Counted from the stretch's first letter, positions 1 through 10,134 are shown. The stretch: DNA of 55,175 nucleotides from an uncultured Ruminococcus sp. (GCA_905199285.1 CAJKFZ010000001.1:1-55175), one strand, 5' to 3'. Numbers and translations: made by a program. Notes: generated from the sequence alone by a model not told the origin.

Positions 1-65
1 GGAGATGTCAGCTTGCTGACAGAGGGTACGGGCGACCGTTGGGAGCAGAGTCCCCTTAATAAATA

Positions 66-1586
66 TCAGAAAAGGTAAATACTGTTTCTGAAAGTCGGAA
101 CGGGAAGACCGTTTTTCCCGAACAGATTGACTTCGGCATAATTAGTCCACTGATATCGGATTGCGGTAAGAGGAGCTATGAAATCGGCACATAAAAGAAT
201 TGTGTCGCCGTCGATTTCAGCGTCGGCAGGAATAAATTCGCCGTCACTGCCTGCGATCTCAAATCCGTTTATCTTGTCGGAATCTGAACAGAATCCGCTG
301 CAATTATCAAAAAACAGGCGAATTCTGCCATTTTCCAAAGCAGCGTTTCTGAAAAGAGGAGGAAGAGTTTCGGTTTTATCCGCAAGATTATAAACCTCGG
401 AAAGCGACTGTAAATAGAGCCTGTTTCCAACCTCTTTTTTATCTGTAGGATGAATATTATTGAATTCGCCGCAGTCAAGACAGACTGCTAATCCGGTGTT
501 TTTAACGGTTCTGAAAACCTTCATCTGAGCTTCACGGATGATCGGCCAGTTTTTGAAGTCAGGATCCGACTCGTATTTGTGCATCGGAAGCTGTACCATG
601 AGAAACGGCAGTTCATCATCGAGCCAGTCACTCCGCCAGTTTTCGATAAGAGCTTTCAGCAGAACATCATATGTTTCCGGAAGATGATCGTCGGATTCGC
701 CCTGATAATAGAGGAATCCGGCAAGCGTATATGGAGTTATCCTGCTTATCATCGTTTCATAAAGACCGCATGGACGCATTGGATTTTTAATACCCATAGG
801 TCCGGGATAACGGTTTTCGCCGCATATTTTTAAAACTTCATCCCATTTTACAGCCGGATTTTCGGCGTAGCACTGCTGAACCTTTTTTTCCCACTTACTG
901 TGGTAATTTACATATTCGTCATATTCAGCTATCATCTGTTCATTAGTCTTGCCCGATATCGCTTTATCATAATCTTCTATATAATTACGTATACGGCTGT
1001 CTTGAGCGAGATATTCACGTTTCATCCAAGCCGATGCAGAAGTTCCGCCCCAGTTGCAGCCGATGATGCCGACTGTCACCCCAAGTTTACGGCTGAGCTT
1101 TTTTGCAAAATAATATCCGACTGCTGACCATTTTGCAGAATTGTTATACGAAGCAGTCTGCCACAAGCTTTGCTCTTCTGCATTTTTCAGGTTTTTGTCA
1201 GCCATTTCGCAGCGTGGAACTGCATAAAACCGTACATTTTCCTTTGCGCATTCCTGAAGAGCTTCTTTGCCGTTTTGATCGTTCTGAAGCTCGAATTCCA
1301 TATTGGACTGACCTCCGGCGAGCCAGACTTCTCCGACAGCGACATTGCTGTAAATAATTTTTTCCCCGCCGGAACTTATTTCGACCGTACAGCTTTTACA
1401 GGCTTTCAGCGGAGGAAGAACAGCCATCCATTTTTCGCCGGTAATAATTGCTTTGACGGAAACGTTAATCTCCGGAATCGCAGCGATTATGCTATGCTGA
1501 TGATTTTTCCCGCATACTCCGAAAATACGAATCGGCTTTTCACGCTGAAGAACCATATTATTGCTGAAAATCGGTGCAGTTTTCAT
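66..1586 (-). CDS. Sialate O-acetylesterase (SASA/SGNH family) carbohydrate esterase
   Basis: FSNNMVLQR, GEVWLAGGQSNM, WGGTS, YQGESD and NIHP motifs. Start moved to MKTAP (ATG 1586) behind RBS AAAGGAG. Confidence 0.85.
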   Translation of the reverse strand: MKTAPIFSNNMVLQREKPIRIFGVCGKNHQHSIIAAIPEINVSVKAIITGEKWMAVLPPLKACKSCTVEISSGGEKIIYSNVAVGEVWLAGGQSNMEFELQNDQNGKEALQECAKENVRFYAVPRCEMADKNLKNAEEQSLWQTASYNNSAKWSAVGYYFAKKLSRKLGVTVGIIGCNWGGTSASAWMKREYLAQDSRIRNYIEDYDKAISGKTNEQMIAEYDEYVNYHSKWEKKVQQCYAENPAVKWDEVLKICGENRYPGPMGIKNPMRPCGLYETMISRITPYTLAGFLYYQGESDDHLPETYDVLLKALIENWRSDWLDDELPFLMVQLPMHKYESDPDFKNWPIIREAQMKVFRTVKNTGLAVCLDCGEFNNIHPTDKKEVGNRLYLQSLSEVYNLADKTETLPPLFRNAALENGRIRLFFDNCSGFCSDSDKINGFEIAGSDGEFIPADAEIDGDTILLCADFIAPLTAIRYQWTNYAEVNLFGKNGLPVPTFRNSIYLF

Positions 1587-1632
1587 AAAATCTCCTTTTG
1601 GTGTCCACATAGAAAAATGTGCGGCGTTTCCT

Positions 1633-2574
1633 TTAGTCGTTGATTTTGATAACGCCGTATTTTTCCAGATTGTAAAGGAACATGAATCTTGCTTCATCAC
1701 GGCATTCCGGTTTTACCATATAGTAAAGATAAGTTTCAATAAGATTAAGCGTTGTTGACGTTCTTCCCTCTATTTTGAACTGATTGAATCCCATCGGCAC
1801 ATATTTTTCCCAGATATCGTCAGGAGAAACGTGTGTACTAAGATCCTTTATCTCAAATATACTTCTGTCGGCGCAGTGACAGTCTGTTTCGGGCATATTC
1901 GGATAATCTTTTAAGTTAAGGGGTTTATTGGGATGTTTTTTGAGATGATCGCAGTAAATAATTTGCTGCATTCCGAGATCCTGATAATGCTTAGTACGTC
2001 TTTTGCATCCGGGATCACAGCAGGCATTTACCAGTATCTCGCATTTTTCCTTATGAGGAATTTGTTCCAGAAGGTCAAATTTGTTGTTGAAATCGTAGTC
2101 GAGAACCACTATGCTGTAGTCCTTTTCCATTTCTTCTTTAAGCTTTTCTATATCCGTTATGCGCTTGCAGGTAGAGCTTGTAAGCTTATATTTAGGATAG
2201 TTTTTGCGGATATATTCTTCAAGCAGAGGCGAATTGACAATGACTTCGTTAAGACCGTTATTAGCCATTTTCAGTACCGCATTGCAGAATGGATCGCTTA
2301 AATGTTCCTCTTTAAGCATAGGATTGGTAAATGTGAACCTAAGAGGAATGCCCTCGCTGTTGAAAGATTTAAGCACACTGCGGACGAAAGATTTATCGCA
2401 AATTCCGCTGTTGGTTCGTCCTCCGTTCCAGAGAGACTGCGGAAATGCACCGTAAACCGAAGCGATCTCAACTCCCTCACGCATAAACTGAGGACAACTT
2501 TTAACCATAGCTGCAAAAACAAGATTTAATTTAAAATGCTGGGTGAAATCCGGCAGATGGAATCTTACTTTCAT
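1633..2574 (-). CDS. Uncharacterised peptidase U32-like Fe-S protein, paralogue 1
   Basis: 313 aa with GGR, EILVNACCDPGC..R..HY, a downstream Cys and the FKIEGR motif typical of U32 proteins. RBS GGAG. Confidence 0.6.
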   Translation of the reverse strand: MKVRFHLPDFTQHFKLNLVFAAMVKSCPQFMREGVEIASVYGAFPQSLWNGGRTNSGICDKSFVRSVLKSFNSEGIPLRFTFTNPMLKEEHLSDPFCNAVLKMANNGLNEVIVNSPLLEEYIRKNYPKYKLTSSTCKRITDIEKLKEEMEKDYSIVVLDYDFNNKFDLLEQIPHKEKCEILVNACCDPGCKRRTKHYQDLGMQQIIYCDHLKKHPNKPLNLKDYPNMPETDCHCADRSIFEIKDLSTHVSPDDIWEKYVPMGFNQFKIEGRTSTTLNLIETYLYYMVKPECRDEARFMFLYNLEKYGVIKIND

Positions 2575-2585
2575 AATTTTTCTCC

Positions 2586-3524
2586 TTAATTGAATATGAG
2601 AGCGTGTGAATTTTCAAGAGCTTTCAAGATCGTGAATCTTGCCTCATCACGACATTCAGGTTTAGCCATGTAATACATATAGGTTTCAAGAACATTAAGC
2701 GGACTTGCGGTTCTGCCTTCGATCTTGAACTGCTCAAATCCCATAGGAACGTATTTCTCCCAGATGTCGTCGGGTGAAATGTGCGTTCTAAGATTGCGTA
2801 TCTCGAAAATTCCTCTTTTGGAATAAGGACATTCACGGAAATGTTCAGGATCGTATTTGCTTGCGTCAAACGGAGCGTTCGGGTACTTTTTGATGTGTTC
2901 ATTGTAGGCGATCTGCTGTACTCCGATAGAATGGTAATGAGCTGATCTTCTCGGACATCCGGGTTCGCAGCAGGCATTAACAAGAAGCTCGCAGTCGGCT
3001 TTTCTCGGAAGCTTTTCAAGAACCTCGAAATTATTGTTGAAATCATAATCGACAACAACGATGCTGTAGTCCTTTTCAAGCTCGGCTTTAAGAGCGTCAG
3101 GATCGGTTATTCTTTTGCAGGTAGAGCTTGTCAGTTTGTATTTGGGATAAGTTCTTCTGATGTAATCCTCAAGAAGCGGTGACATAACGATAGCTTCGTT
3201 CAAGCCGTTATTGGCAAGATTCATTACCATATTGCAGAAGCTGTCGCTGAGATGCTTCTTTTCAAGTGCAGGATTGGTGAAAGTGAAGCGAAGCGGAATA
3301 CCTTGCTCATTGAAAACCTTAATGACATTTTTCACGAACGCTTTATCGACAACTCCGCCCTGAGTTCTGCCGCCGTTCCAAATAGACGGCGGAAAAACTC
3401 CATAAAACGAAGCTATTTCAACGCCCTCTCTGAAAAATTCCGGACGATGCTTAAGCGTTTCCGCAAACATAAAATTAAGCTTGAAATTTCCCGAAAAATC
3501 GGGAAGATGAAATCGTACTCTCAT
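2586..3524 (-). CDS. Uncharacterised peptidase U32-like Fe-S protein, paralogue 2
   Basis: 312 aa, collinear with the neighbouring gene (ELLVNACCEPGC..R..HY, FKIEGR). RBS AAGGAG. Confidence 0.6.
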   Translation of the reverse strand: MRVRFHLPDFSGNFKLNFMFAETLKHRPEFFREGVEIASFYGVFPPSIWNGGRTQGGVVDKAFVKNVIKVFNEQGIPLRFTFTNPALEKKHLSDSFCNMVMNLANNGLNEAIVMSPLLEDYIRRTYPKYKLTSSTCKRITDPDALKAELEKDYSIVVVDYDFNNNFEVLEKLPRKADCELLVNACCEPGCPRRSAHYHSIGVQQIAYNEHIKKYPNAPFDASKYDPEHFRECPYSKRGIFEIRNLRTHISPDDIWEKYVPMGFEQFKIEGRTASPLNVLETYMYYMAKPECRDEARFTILKALENSHALIFN

Positions 3525-3535
3525 TATTTTTCTCC

Positions 3536-4585
3536 TTATGAAGCGGTAAAATCAGAATGGTCGCCACGCTCGCCGGATATGATATAGCCGGCAGAGTTGA
3601 TCCTTTTTTTAAGGCAGCCACGGCATTCAGCCGCTTCTTCTCCGGTACATATTTTATTATCGTAAAGATCGTATTTTTTTCTAACTTTAACAGGGGAAAG
3701 ATTCGGCATTACAACATTGCAGCCTGTTTGCAGACCAAGTTCTCTGCCGATAGGGGAAATAGTTCCCAGAGCGGTCGTAGCCGGAAGCAGAACCTTCGGG
3801 AACATAAGTCTGATAATGCTGAGAAGTTTCAGAGTAAGCTCAAGCGTTCCGCCTTTATGATCTGCAAAAGGCGTGTCATGGTGAGGCACGAAAGGTCCGA
3901 TACCGATCATCTGCGGCTGGAGCTTCTGTAAAAAACGCAGGTCTTTAATAAGGTGCTGAGCGGTCTGATACGGAGCTCCAACCATGAAGCCTGCGCCGAC
4001 CTGATAGCCGAGTTCACGGAGCTTAAACAGACAGTTCATGCGGTTTTCAAGGCTCATTTTCTCCGGATGAAGCTTTGCGTAAAGTTCCTCTGAAGCCGCT
4101 TCGTGACGGAGAAGATAGCGGTCTGCTCCGGCATCCTTTAGCCTTTTATAGCTTTCATAGGAGCGTTCTCCGAGTGAAAGCGTGATGGCGCAGTCGGAGT
4201 ATTTCTCACGGATAGCTCTTATTATCGGAACAAGAACCTCGTCGCTGAAAAAAGCGTCCTCTCCGCCCTGAAGCACAAAGGTGCGGAATCCCAATTCGTA
4301 ACCGTTTTCGCAGCAGCTCATGATCTCCTCACTGCTAAGACGGTAACGCTGAGCATTTTTATTGCTGCATCTGATCCCGCAGTAAAGGCAGTCGTTTTTG
4401 CAATAGCTTGATATCTCGATAAGACCTCTCAGAAAAACTTTTTTGCCGTAAATACGCTGTCTTACTTCGTCTGCATACTTTTTGAGCAGCTCGGAGGTCT
4501 GTTCGTCATTTGAATTTATAAGCGAAAGAAGTTCCTCGTCAGATAAATTGCCGTTCTGATACAGCTTTTCAACAAGTCCGGTCAT
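3536..4585 (-). CDS. hydE: Radical SAM protein, [FeFe]-hydrogenase maturase HydE family
   Basis: RGLIEISSYCKNDCLYCG (CxxxCxxC), GADRYLLRHE, PATTAL, NVVMPN, and C-terminal YDLY plus Cx7Cx2C. Confidence 0.85.
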   Translation of the reverse strand: MTGLVEKLYQNGNLSDEELLSLINSNDEQTSELLKKYADEVRQRIYGKKVFLRGLIEISSYCKNDCLYCGIRCSNKNAQRYRLSSEEIMSCCENGYELGFRTFVLQGGEDAFFSDEVLVPIIRAIREKYSDCAITLSLGERSYESYKRLKDAGADRYLLRHEAASEELYAKLHPEKMSLENRMNCLFKLRELGYQVGAGFMVGAPYQTAQHLIKDLRFLQKLQPQMIGIGPFVPHHDTPFADHKGGTLELTLKLLSIIRLMFPKVLLPATTALGTISPIGRELGLQTGCNVVMPNLSPVKVRKKYDLYDNKICTGEEAAECRGCLKKRINSAGYIISGERGDHSDFTAS

Positions 4586-4587
4586 AT

Positions 4588-5517
4588 TCAGCCGCCCAGT
4601 CTTATCATTTCGTCAATGCATTTTCTTGCCTGAGCGATAAGCTCATCGTCCATTAAAATTTCAAAAGCGCTGCCGTTTCCGCCTATTCCGAGAAGAGAGT
4701 TGTAAACATCGGGCAGAGTTGTTATCTTCATATTGCGGCAGACGATATCTTTTGTAACGGGGAAGAATTTCTTTTCCAGACATTCATATTGAAGATGTTC
4801 TGCGATGGACGTTTCCGTTCCGATAATAAACTCTTTAGCGTCTGATTTTTTTGCAAAGTCCATGATTCCGGACGTAGAGCCGACGTAATCGGCAAGCATG
4901 GTCACGGCAGGCTGACATTCAGGATGAACGAGAAACAGCGCATCGGGATGTTCGGACTTGACCTTTTCAACGTCCTTAACGGTTACTGCCGCATGAGTGG
5001 GACATCCGCCCTGAAGCAGCTTTATGTCCTTTTCGGGACAGTTTCTTTTAACGAAGTCGCCGAGGTTGCAGTCCGGAATAAAGAGGATCTTGTCGTTATC
5101 AATAGCTCTGACTATTTTCAGTGCGCTTGAGGACGTAACGCAGACATCGCAGACTGTTTTAAGCGAAGCCGTAGTGTTGATATAGGCAACAACAGTTCGG
5201 TCAGGCTCCTGATTTTTTATAGCGGATATCATTTCAGCATCCATTTGTTCTGCCATAGGACATCCTGCCTGAGAGTTTGCGAGAAAAACTCGTTTCTGCG
5301 GCGAGAGCATTTTTGCTGTTTCAGCCATGAAATGAACTCCGCAGAACAGAATATTGTCCGCATCGATGTTTTTAGCGTCAACGCTGAGTTTATAGCTGTC
5401 TCCGGTAAAATCGGCGATCTCAACGATTTCCCTTGCCTGATAGCTGTGGGCGAGAATGGCTGTATTTGTTTCTTTTTTAAGTTTCAGGACAGCGTCCTGC
5501 AATTCCCTTACTGTCAT
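4588..5517 (-). CDS. nadA: Quinolinate synthase
   Basis: ILAHSYQ, GDS, FCGVHFMAETAK, GCPMA, YINT, HPEC, GSTS and C..MK motifs. Confidence 0.95.
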   Translation of the reverse strand: MTVRELQDAVLKLKKETNTAILAHSYQAREIVEIADFTGDSYKLSVDAKNIDADNILFCGVHFMAETAKMLSPQKRVFLANSQAGCPMAEQMDAEMISAIKNQEPDRTVVAYINTTASLKTVCDVCVTSSSALKIVRAIDNDKILFIPDCNLGDFVKRNCPEKDIKLLQGGCPTHAAVTVKDVEKVKSEHPDALFLVHPECQPAVTMLADYVGSTSGIMDFAKKSDAKEFIIGTETSIAEHLQYECLEKKFFPVTKDIVCRNMKITTLPDVYNSLLGIGGNGSAFEILMDDELIAQARKCIDEMIRLGG

Positions 5518-5536
5518 ATAAAAACTCCTTTATCTG

Positions 5537-5783
5537 ATACTGATTCTTTATCAGTAAGCTGGACAATGTTGTCAATTTGAGCGGGGACTCTGTCCCCACA
5601 CCCCTGCCAAAGGGGAGTACATCCCCTTTGGAATCCCGATATTAATTATTTTCATTACCTCGTAAAGAGGTAATGAAAATAATTAGGACAGAATGCCCAT
5701 GGAATGAACTTTCTTTTGATAAGAGTATAGAAATCAGAATTTCTTAAATTTACATGATTGGCAAGCTGACAAAGAATCAGTAT
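5537..5783 (-). repeat. Palindromic repeat copy 1, long self-paired form
   Basis: Core hairpins 5581-5637, perfect 19-bp AT-rich hairpin 5643-5685, terminal inverted repeat ATACTGATTCTTT at 5537-5549 / 5771-5783. Confidence 0.85.
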
Positions 5784-5796
5784 TGCGGCATTTTCA

Positions 5797-6174
5797 TTAA
5801 AGAGTGCTTTCGGCGATAACCTCAACCTCGACAAGAACGTTCTTCGGAAGCGTTTTAACAGCAACGCAGCTTCTTGCCGGAAGTGAAGTGAAATATTTTC
5901 CGTAGATCTCGTTAAAAGCGGCAAAATCGTTCATATCTGCGAGGAAGCAGGTAGTTTTAACAGCTTTTTCAAAAGAAGAACCTGCTGTTCTTAAAACTTC
6001 ACCGAGATTGCGCATAACCTGTTCGGTCTGCTCCTGAATGGTAGCAGCTTCGATAGTGTTTGTGAGCGGATTTATAGCGATCTGACCGCTTGTGTAAACC
6101 ATTCCGTTTGAAACCATAGCCTGTGAATATGGTCCGACTGCTGCCGGAGCTTTGTCTGTATGAATTTTTATCAT
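5797..6174 (-). CDS. ridA: RidA family enamine/imine deaminase
   Basis: APAAVGPYSQA, YTSGQI, PARSCV, LPK...VEVEVIA. True start MIKIH at 6174 behind AGGAGG. Confidence 0.92.
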   Translation of the reverse strand: MIKIHTDKAPAAVGPYSQAMVSNGMVYTSGQIAINPLTNTIEAATIQEQTEQVMRNLGEVLRTAGSSFEKAVKTTCFLADMNDFAAFNEIYGKYFTSLPARSCVAVKTLPKNVLVEVEVIAESTL

Positions 6175-6207
6175 GATATTTTCCTCCTGTTTCTCCACAC
6201 TGTCCTT

Positions 6208-6287
6208 TGCGTGGCTCTGCCCCGATACCCCGGCAGGGACGCTGTCCCTGCACTCTGCCAAAGGGTTGACAAACCCTTTGGAATCCC
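6208..6287 (-). repeat. Palindromic repeat copy 2, three-hairpin form
   Basis: Minus strand reads GGGATTCCAAAGGG..CCCTTTGG, GCAGGGAC-AGC-GTCCCTGC, GGGGTATCGGGGCAGAGCC. Confidence 0.85.
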
Positions 6288-6298
6288 ATTATTAGCTT

Positions 6299-7501
6299 TT
6301 AATTATTATTGAGTACCTTGAATCCCTCGTCGGCAAGAGCTTTCTTTATCTGCTCGATATGCTCATAATTTCTCGTTTCAAGCACTATTCTGAGGTAACA
6401 GCCGTTGACTGCCGAGCCTTCATTTGCACGTTCGTGGTGAATAGACGTAACATTTCCGCCAAGCTCGGCAATGATTCTTGAAACATCCTGAAGCTGACCC
6501 GGCTTGTCGATAAGCTCGATCATCATGGAGTAGGAACGTCCGGACATGAGCAGACCACGCTTGATAACTCTTGAAAGGATAGTAACGTCGATATTTCCTC
6601 CCGAAAGCAGACAAACCGTCTTTTTACCCTTTATCGGGACTTTATTGAACATTGCCGCTGCAACGGAAACAGCTCCTGCACCCTCTGTAACAAGCTTCTG
6701 CTGTTCCATAAGAGCAAGGATAGCGGCTGATATTTCGTCGTCGGTAACTGTAACGATATCGTCAACGTATTCGGAAATAAGCCTGAAAGTATTTTCCCCA
6801 GGTTCTTTAACGGCTATACCGTCGGCAATGGTTGAAACGCTGTCAAGACATTCGATTTTGCCGTCCTTGATAGAATTGACCATACTTGGAGCGCCGGCAG
6901 CCTGAACTCCGTAGACTTTTATTGACGGATTAAGGCTCTTTACTGCAAAAGCTACTCCGGAAATAAGTCCGCCGCCTCCAACCGGAATAATAACAGCTTC
7001 GATATCGGGGAGCTGTTCAAGAAGTTCAAGACCTATCGTACCCTGTCCGGCGATGACGTTTTCATCATCGAAAGGATGAATGAAAGTGTAGCCGTATTCG
7101 TCACGCTGGCGGAGAGCTTCGGCATAAGCGTCATCATAAACTCCCTTGACAAGGCAAACCTCTGCGCCGTAGCTTTTTGTTGCTTCCACCTTGGAAATAG
7201 GCGCTCCGTCCGGAAGACAGATGATCGACTTGATACCGTTTTTAGCCGCCGCAAGAGCCACGCCCTGAGCATGATTTCCGGCAGAACAGGCGATAACTCC
7301 CTTAGCTTTTTCCTCATCCGAAAGCTGAGACATACGGTAATAAGCTCCTCTTACTTTGAAAGAGCCGGTTATCTGAAGATTCTCGGTTTTAAGGTAAATA
7401 TCGGAATCAGGATTTATTTTAGGCGCACGGATAACGTCGGTTTCTCTTATAACCTGTTTAAGTATATATTTTGCGCTGTAGATTTTATCAAGAGTCAGCA
7501 T
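6299..7501 (-). CDS. ilvA: Threonine ammonia-lyase with C-terminal ACT domain
   Basis: KTENLQITGSFKVRGA (PLP lysine), SAGNHAQG, PVGGGGL, SGGN, DKPGQL. Start MLTLD at 7501. Confidence 0.92.
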   Translation of the reverse strand: MLTLDKIYSAKYILKQVIRETDVIRAPKINPDSDIYLKTENLQITGSFKVRGAYYRMSQLSDEEKAKGVIACSAGNHAQGVALAAAKNGIKSIICLPDGAPISKVEATKSYGAEVCLVKGVYDDAYAEALRQRDEYGYTFIHPFDDENVIAGQGTIGLELLEQLPDIEAVIIPVGGGGLISGVAFAVKSLNPSIKVYGVQAAGAPSMVNSIKDGKIECLDSVSTIADGIAVKEPGENTFRLISEYVDDIVTVTDDEISAAILALMEQQKLVTEGAGAVSVAAAMFNKVPIKGKKTVCLLSGGNIDVTILSRVIKRGLLMSGRSYSMMIELIDKPGQLQDVSRIIAELGGNVTSIHHERANEGSAVNGCYLRIVLETRNYEHIEQIKKALADEGFKVLNNN

Positions 7502-7517
7502 TTTAATTACCTTCTTT

Positions 7518-8711
7518 TTATTTTTGTTCATTAATGAGTTGATTTACAAACTGTTTTGCAGTTCTCGGCGATCTGCCGCTTCCCTGCATAGCGAACTGCT
7601 CCGCTTTAAGAGCGAGAGTATCAGAGTCGATATTGATTTCGTGCTGAGCCGCAAGCTCCTGAGCTATCTGGACGTATGATTTTTTATCAGGTTTGCTGAA
7701 ATTAACTCTTAAACCGAAACGTGCCGAAAGTGAAAGAGTTTCCTGCATAGAATCGTTGCGGTGAACGTCGTCGCCGTCTCTGTCGGAGAAGCTTTCTTTA
7801 ACAAGGTGACGGCGGTTGCTTGTGGCGTATATCGCAGTATTGCCCGTTCTTGCCGAAACAGAGCCTTCAAGAGTAGCTTTAAGCGCTCCGAAGCAATCCT
7901 CTCCTGAAACGAAAGAAAGATCGTCGATAAAGATGATGAATTTCAGCGGATTGGCGCTTATGCTTTCGATAATATCGGGAATATCACGAAGCTGTTCCTT
8001 TGTTATTTCGATAAGACGGAGTCCTCTATCTGCAAATTCGTTTACAACAGCTTTGACCGTTGAAGATTTTCCCGTTCCTGCATCGCCGTAAAGAAGAACG
8101 TTCTGCGCCGGTTTTCCGCTAAGAAGAGCGAGGGTGTTGTCGATAACAGCCTTTCGTTCTCTTTCGTAGCCGAAAAGCGAGGAAAGACGCTGTGGATCGG
8201 GATGCTTAACGGGAACTATCTCGCCCTTTCTGAGGATGAACATTCTGTTCTGAGCAAACTTGCCATAACCGTAGCGTCCGATATTTTCAATTCGGCTTTT
8301 GTATTCCTTTACAAAGTCGAATTTTGTAGTTTTCCATTTCGGGAGCGAGATGGTACCGTCTGCAAAGAGTGCGAAATCCTGTGGCTGGAGCTGTGAAAAC
8401 TCCTGTAAAATTCTGAGTTCATTTTCCACGGCTTCCTCAATGAAGCTGTCGAAAGTTTCACCCTTTGCTCTGCCTGAGATATAGAAATTCTCGTCCTGCA
8501 AAACAGCCTTGAGAACATATTCGCTCAGATTTGCTCCGCTTTTATAAAGCTTTGAAACAAATTCGGAGTAGTTATATATATTTATAGAGACCTCTTCGCT
8601 GCCGCTGTCAAGAAGCTGCCAGAGTTCGTTTATAATTTCATCGCCGAGGAGACTGCGGAATACTGCAAGAGAACTCATTCCGCAGTCGATAGCTTTAAAT
8701 TTGTCGTTCAT
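7518..8711 (-). CDS. DUF815-type AAA+ ATPase
   Basis: NVLLYGDAGTGKSS, FIIFIDDLSF, YATSNRRHL, LSARFG, RSPRTAKQF. Confidence 0.85.
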   Translation of the reverse strand: MNDKFKAIDCGMSSLAVFRSLLGDEIINELWQLLDSGSEEVSINIYNYSEFVSKLYKSGANLSEYVLKAVLQDENFYISGRAKGETFDSFIEEAVENELRILQEFSQLQPQDFALFADGTISLPKWKTTKFDFVKEYKSRIENIGRYGYGKFAQNRMFILRKGEIVPVKHPDPQRLSSLFGYERERKAVIDNTLALLSGKPAQNVLLYGDAGTGKSSTVKAVVNEFADRGLRLIEITKEQLRDIPDIIESISANPLKFIIFIDDLSFVSGEDCFGALKATLEGSVSARTGNTAIYATSNRRHLVKESFSDRDGDDVHRNDSMQETLSLSARFGLRVNFSKPDKKSYVQIAQELAAQHEINIDSDTLALKAEQFAMQGSGRSPRTAKQFVNQLINEQK

Positions 8712-8712
8712 T

Positions 8713-9789
8713 TTATGCGATCGCTTCCAATACCTTTTCAGTCATTTCAGTGCAGGTAAGAGGAGTTCCCTCTGTGCTGCCCATAAGATCGGCAGTTCTC
8801 CAGCCGTCGTTAAGAACCTTGTCAACAGCTTTTTCAATGCAGTCTGCTTCTTCGGAAAGACCGAAAGAATAGCGGAGCATCATTGCTGCTGAAAGAATAG
8901 TAGCGATAGGATTAGCCTTGTTCTGTCCGGCAATATCAGGAGCAGAACCGTGAATAGGCTCATACATACCTCTTGTTGTTGCTCCGAGTGAAGCCGAAGC
9001 GAGCATTCCGATAGAACCTGTGATCTGTGAAGCTTCATCGGAAAGGATATCTCCGAACATATTTGAAGTTACGATAACGTCGAACTGCTTAGGATTTCTT
9101 ACAAGCTGCATAGCGGCATTGTCAACGAACATATCGCTGTATTCAACTTCCGGATATTCCTCGGCGAGCTTATGCATGGTCTTTCTCCAGAGACGCGAGG
9201 ATTCAAGGACGTTAGCTTTATCAATGCTTGTAACACGCTTATTGCGCTTCATAGCAGTTTCAAAAGCAACTTTTCCGATACGTTCGATCTCTGTAACGCT
9301 GTAAGCTTCGGTGTCGTAGGCTTCTTCACCGTATTTGCCCTGTCTGTAGCCTCTGTCGCCGAAGTAGATTCCGCCTGTAAGCTCACGGACGATCATGATG
9401 TCAAAGCCGTCGCCGACTATTTCATCTTTCAGCGGAGAAGCGGCTCTGAGTGCAGGATAAAGAGTTGCCGGACGAAGATTTGTGAAAAGTTCAAGTGCGG
9501 AACGGATTCCGAGAAGAGCCTTTTCAGGACGCTTCTCACCGGGCTGATCGTCCCACTTAGGACCGCCTACAGCTCCGAGAAGAACGCTGTCGCTTGCAAG
9601 ACAGCCGTCAACAGTTTCCTGTGGAAGCGGCATACCTGTTGCGTCGATAGCGCATCCGCCAATGAGATAAGGTGTAAAATTGAATTTGTGACCGAATTTT
9701 TCAGCGGTCTTTTCAAGAACTGCAACGGCGCTGTCCACGATCTCAGGACCGATACCGTCGCCTTTGAGCAAAGCTATATTAAATTCCAT
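8713..9789 (-). CDS. leuB: 3-isopropylmalate dehydrogenase
   Basis: [46 protein letters not shown]. Second ATG chosen by RBS spacing. Confidence 0.96.
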   Translation of the reverse strand: MEFNIALLKGDGIGPEIVDSAVAVLEKTAEKFGHKFNFTPYLIGGCAIDATGMPLPQETVDGCLASDSVLLGAVGGPKWDDQPGEKRPEKALLGIRSALELFTNLRPATLYPALRAASPLKDEIVGDGFDIMIVRELTGGIYFGDRGYRQGKYGEEAYDTEAYSVTEIERIGKVAFETAMKRNKRVTSIDKANVLESSRLWRKTMHKLAEEYPEVEYSDMFVDNAAMQLVRNPKQFDVIVTSNMFGDILSDEASQITGSIGMLASASLGATTRGMYEPIHGSAPDIAGQNKANPIATILSAAMMLRYSFGLSEEADCIEKAVDKVLNDGWRTADLMGSTEGTPLTCTEMTEKVLEAIA

Positions 9790-9858
9790 TTCCATTCTCC
9801 TTTATTTTCATCTCGACAGAACATCGGGTGTTTATATATAGTTTCCATCAAGATTTTA

Positions 9859-10134
9859 TCATATTTTTCGCTGTTTAATTTCTGTTTCAAAGGCCTTAAT
9901 ATATATCTGTCCATAGGTCAAAAACCAAGCTTCAGATAAAGGAATGTCTATTTCTTTCTGTTTATCTTTTGGTAATTGATCAACAGTTAGCATATAACAG
10001 ATTTTCTCTATATTCTTTAAGCAATTATAACAAGAGTATATATATTTATCATTCATGTCTTTAATATCATGCTTTTTACCATAAGCATCAATCCATAATG
10101 GATATCCACTCCATTCACTATATTCAATAGACAT
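9859..10134 (-). CDS. Small AT-rich hypothetical protein between leuD and leuB
   Basis: 91-aa ORF with strong RBS AGGAGG. Visibly more AT-rich than the flanking genes. Confidence 0.7.
   Translation of the reverse strand: MSIEYSEWSGYPLWIDAYGKKHDIKDMNDKYIYSCYNCLKNIEKICYMLTVDQLPKDKQKEIDIPLSEAWFLTYGQIYIKAFETEIKQRKI

Noticed and set aside
6175..6261. N-terminal extension of RidA in the ORF track
   Set aside because: It is read through repeat copy 2. The strong RBS supports the start at 6174.
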